From the NCBI GenBank assembly GCA_963701865.1, contig CAVPBO010000002.1, positions 35,239-99,238 on the forward strand: a DNA stretch of 64,000 nt, given 5' to 3'. The notes under the pieces were generated by a model that worked only from the letters and a program-made list of their open reading frames with translations, did not search any database and was not told the DNA's origin. The position numbers were made by a program, and so were the translations under genes. The DNA comes from an uncultured Acidobacteriota bacterium (GTDB lineage: Bacteria; Acidobacteriota; Terriglobia; Acidiferrales; UBA7541). The stretch's first letter is position 1. Every line of letters begins with the position of its first letter. This document shows positions 61,479-64,000 of the stretch, piece after piece.

Positions 61479-62003
61479 ATGCAAAAGGTCCGGCTGGCGC
61501 TTTTGTTTTTTCTTTGTCTCGGAATTGCCTCTGGTAGGCTTGCCCTCGCCACGCCTCAAAATTCCGCGGTTGACGCGCACGAAAAAGACCGCGCGGCCAT
61601 CGCCCAAACGGTCGCGAATTTCGTCAGCGCGTGGAACCTCCACGATGCACATGCCTTCGCGGCCACTTTCACCGAGGACGCGGACTTCACCAACGTTGCC
61701 GGTGCGCAGGCCAGTGGCCGCGAAAATGTCGAAGCCTTTCACGCACCCATGTTCGCGGAGAGGTTCAAGGACAGCCACCAGACGGGCCAGATTCGCAGCA
61801 TTCGGTTTCTGCGGCCCGATCTCGCCTCCGTGGACGTGGATTGGCAAATGACCGGCGCGAAGACTCCGGATGGCGTCCCGCGCCCGCCGCGCAAGGGCCT
61901 GTCGGATTTTGTGATGGCTCGGCAGAGCGACGGATCCTGGCTCATCGAAGTCATGCACAATGCGGAGCTTTCGAATTCAGCTCCTATCCCGCCTGCCAAA
62001 TAG
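61479..62003 (+). CDS. Secreted SgcJ/EcaC-type NTF2-like (DUF4440) protein
   Basis: A signal peptide is followed by ..DRAAIAQTVANFVSAWNLHDAHAFAATFTEDADFTNVAG...SWLIEVMHN. Confidence 0.8.
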   Translation: MQKVRLALLFFLCLGIASGRLALATPQNSAVDAHEKDRAAIAQTVANFVSAWNLHDAHAFAATFTEDADFTNVAGAQASGRENVEAFHAPMFAERFKDSHQTGQIRSIRFLRPDLASVDVDWQMTGAKTPDGVPRPPRKGLSDFVMARQSDGSWLIEVMHNAELSNSAPIPPAK

Positions 62004-62099
62004 CGCCTCGCGCGATACTTCGCGAGCAATTCAGGTCTATAATCCGCGGGATCGTAATCCGATCAGGGTACGTCCATCAGATCACGAGGAGAAACCGCG

Positions 62100-62648
62100 A
62101 TGAAACGTAACGCCGCCGTTATGGTATTTCTTGCTGGATTCCTGGCATTGCCCATCGCCGCGCGAGCGCAAGCTCCCGCCGCGGCCCCCGCCCAGGCTCC
62201 CAGCGTCGCCGATGCAGTCCGGCAGATGTACAACACGGTGAAAAACAATTTGCTGAAGGCCGCGGACAAAATGCCGGACGACGGCTACGCCTACCAGCCG
62301 ACTCCCGAAGAGCGCAGCTTCGGCGCATGGGTCGCGCACGTTGCCGATGCGCAGACCGCCGGATGTTCGCGCGCGCTTGGCACGCCGAAAACTCCGAGCG
62401 CCGGATCGAAAACCAAAAAAGCTGATCTCGTCGCCGCGCTCAAGGATTCCTTCGACACCTGCGACGCCGCCTACGCCGCGCTGACCGACGCGAACGCGAA
62501 CGATTCGATACAGAGCTTCCGCGGGCCAACTCCGCGTCTCGCTTCGCTCGCCGGCAATGTCGCCCACGACAACGAATGCTACGGCGCCATGTCCGTTTAC
62601 CTGCGCCTCAAGGGCGTCGTTCCGCCGTCAAGCGAACCGCGTAAATAG
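62100..62648 (+). CDS. Secreted DinB-family protein
   Basis: ATG follows AGGAG. A signal peptide is present. ..FGAWVAHVADAQ.. and ..NVAHDNECYGAMSVYLRLKG.. match the DinB helix-bundle His motifs. Confidence 0.75.
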   Translation: MKRNAAVMVFLAGFLALPIAARAQAPAAAPAQAPSVADAVRQMYNTVKNNLLKAADKMPDDGYAYQPTPEERSFGAWVAHVADAQTAGCSRALGTPKTPSAGSKTKKADLVAALKDSFDTCDAAYAALTDANANDSIQSFRGPTPRLASLAGNVAHDNECYGAMSVYLRLKGVVPPSSEPRK

Positions 62649-62786
62649 CGTAATTTTCTCGCGCCAATCACGTACATCAATTTGCCCCGCGTGATAGCAT
62701 CGCGCACAAACCGGAGGCGTATTTTCAATCTTCGGTAATTCGGCCTATCACGATTCGCTACAAGTGCGCCACGCCCCGGAGGGCAA

Positions 62787-63976
62787 ATGAATCAGCGAAA
62801 TATTGCACGCGTTTTGCTTGGGGTCACCTGTTTGGCGGGTTCGTTTTTTCTCGCGTCCGCCGCCTGCGCTCAAGCCACACATCCCAGCGCGGACGCCGGC
62901 AAGACGCGCACGTACTACGTCGCCGCCGACGAAGTGAACTGGGATTACGCGCCGTCCGGCCGCGATGAAGCGATGGGAATGCCGTTCGATGAGCTGCAGA
63001 AAAACTACACCGAACCGGGACCTCACCATATCGGCCGCGTGTACAAGAAAGCGATGTACCGCGAATATACCGACGCGACGTTCTCAACGTTAAGAGCGCG
63101 CGCCTCCGAAGATCAATATCTCGGCCTGCTCGGGCCGGTTTTGCGCGGAGAAGTAGGCGACACGATCAAAATCGTGTTCAAGAACAACGCTACGCATCCC
63201 TACAGCATGCATCCGCACGGAGTTCTTTATCAGAAGGACTCCGAAGGCGCCGACTACAATGACGGCACTTCCGGCGCGGATAAAGCCGATGGCGGCGTTC
63301 CTCCCGGTGCGACGCACACCTACCTGTGGCAAATACCGGAGCGTTCAGGCCCCGGCCCGAACGATCCCAGCTCGGTTTTCTGGCTTTACCATTCGCACGC
63401 GGACGAATTGCAGGACGTTGCCTCGGGATTATTTGGAGTGATCGTAGTCACCCGGCGCGGCATGGCGCTTCCCGACGGCCGGCCGAAGGATGTGGACCGC
63501 GAATTCGTGAGCATGTTCATCGCGATAAACGAAAACGAAAGTTGGTATCTCGAGGACAACATTCGCGATCACACCACCGATCCCAAGGGCGTGGATCGGC
63601 AAAGAATTCGTGCCCGATTACTCCCGCTGGAATGGCGGGAACAGTCGTCGGAACAGGCTTCGCGGATACGAATATCAAGTGGTCCATCAACGGCTACATT
63701 TTCGGAAATATGCCGCTGATGACGATGAAGCAAGGCGACCGCGTGCGCTGGTACGTCGCGACGCTGGGAGATTTCAACAATGCGCACACGCCGCATTGGC
63801 ATGGCAACACTGTTCTGGTCGCTGGCCAGCGGACGGACGTTCTGGTAGTGACTTCCGCGCAAATGATTACAGCGGACATGGTGCCGGATGCGCCCGGCAT
63901 TTGGCTCTACCATTGCCACATCAGCGATCACATGCTGGCGGGAATGGTCGGACGTTATGAAGTGAAGCCGCGCTAG
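62787..63976 (+). CDS. Ceruloplasmin-like multicopper oxidase (two cupredoxin domains), 1-2 frameshifts at 63595-63650
   Basis: A signal peptide is present. RTYYVAADEVNWDYAPSG..IGRVYKKAMYREYTDATF..LGLLGPVLRGEVGDTIKIVFKNNATHPYSMHPHG..WLYHSHADELQDVASGLFG..INENESWYLEDNI. In the frame of ORF 63326..63976: ..IKWSINGYIFGNMPLMTMKQGDRVRWYV..HTPHWHGN..WLYHCHISDHMLAGM, the type-1/trinuclear Cu ligand motifs. Confidence 0.85.
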
Positions 63977-64000
63977 GATCGTCGGACTCGCAAAGTTAGC

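Overview
GC-rich bacterial chromosomal segment, probably Acidobacteriota. That assignment is an inference from gene families: CarboxypepD_reg-type TonB-dependent receptors, a PadR plus ADOP/MacB-type permease pair, a TIGR03436-like VWA protein and a sedolisin with Ig-like repeats. About 55 protein-coding loci are supported. Most are housekeeping or metabolic (rpmB, cystathionine beta-synthase, typA, folP, ftsH-hpt-tilS, sucA, rpsU, glgC, eno), with many secreted or envelope proteins. I recognised no rRNA, tRNA or CRISPR array. Two features stand out. (1) About 20 conserved loci, including essential ftsH, tilS and eno, need one or more frame changes to give a full-length product. Several of the indels sit in short homopolymers, and they are strongly clustered while other long ORFs are intact. 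Sequencing or assembly indels are the most economical explanation, so pseudogene calls here are provisional. (2) A mosaic accessory island at about 44.2-51.2 kb. It holds an N-terminally truncated Rhs/YD-repeat protein with an unassigned C-terminal toxin and an adjacent putative immunity gene, a second internal Rhs fragment, an IS3/IS407-group element without target duplication, orphan ORFs that look lower in GC, and a 95-nt repeat in three copies. A second structured non-coding repeat occurs twice (13.5-13.85 kb and 44.4-44.86 kb). I found no convincing coherent novel multi-gene system. The best leads are the Rhs island and its repeats, the two-copy non-coding element, a PilZ plus degenerate-receiver protein, and a MoaF-like/MoaF-like/Tat-NTF2 trio. 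All domain calls come from reading the translations; no searches were run.
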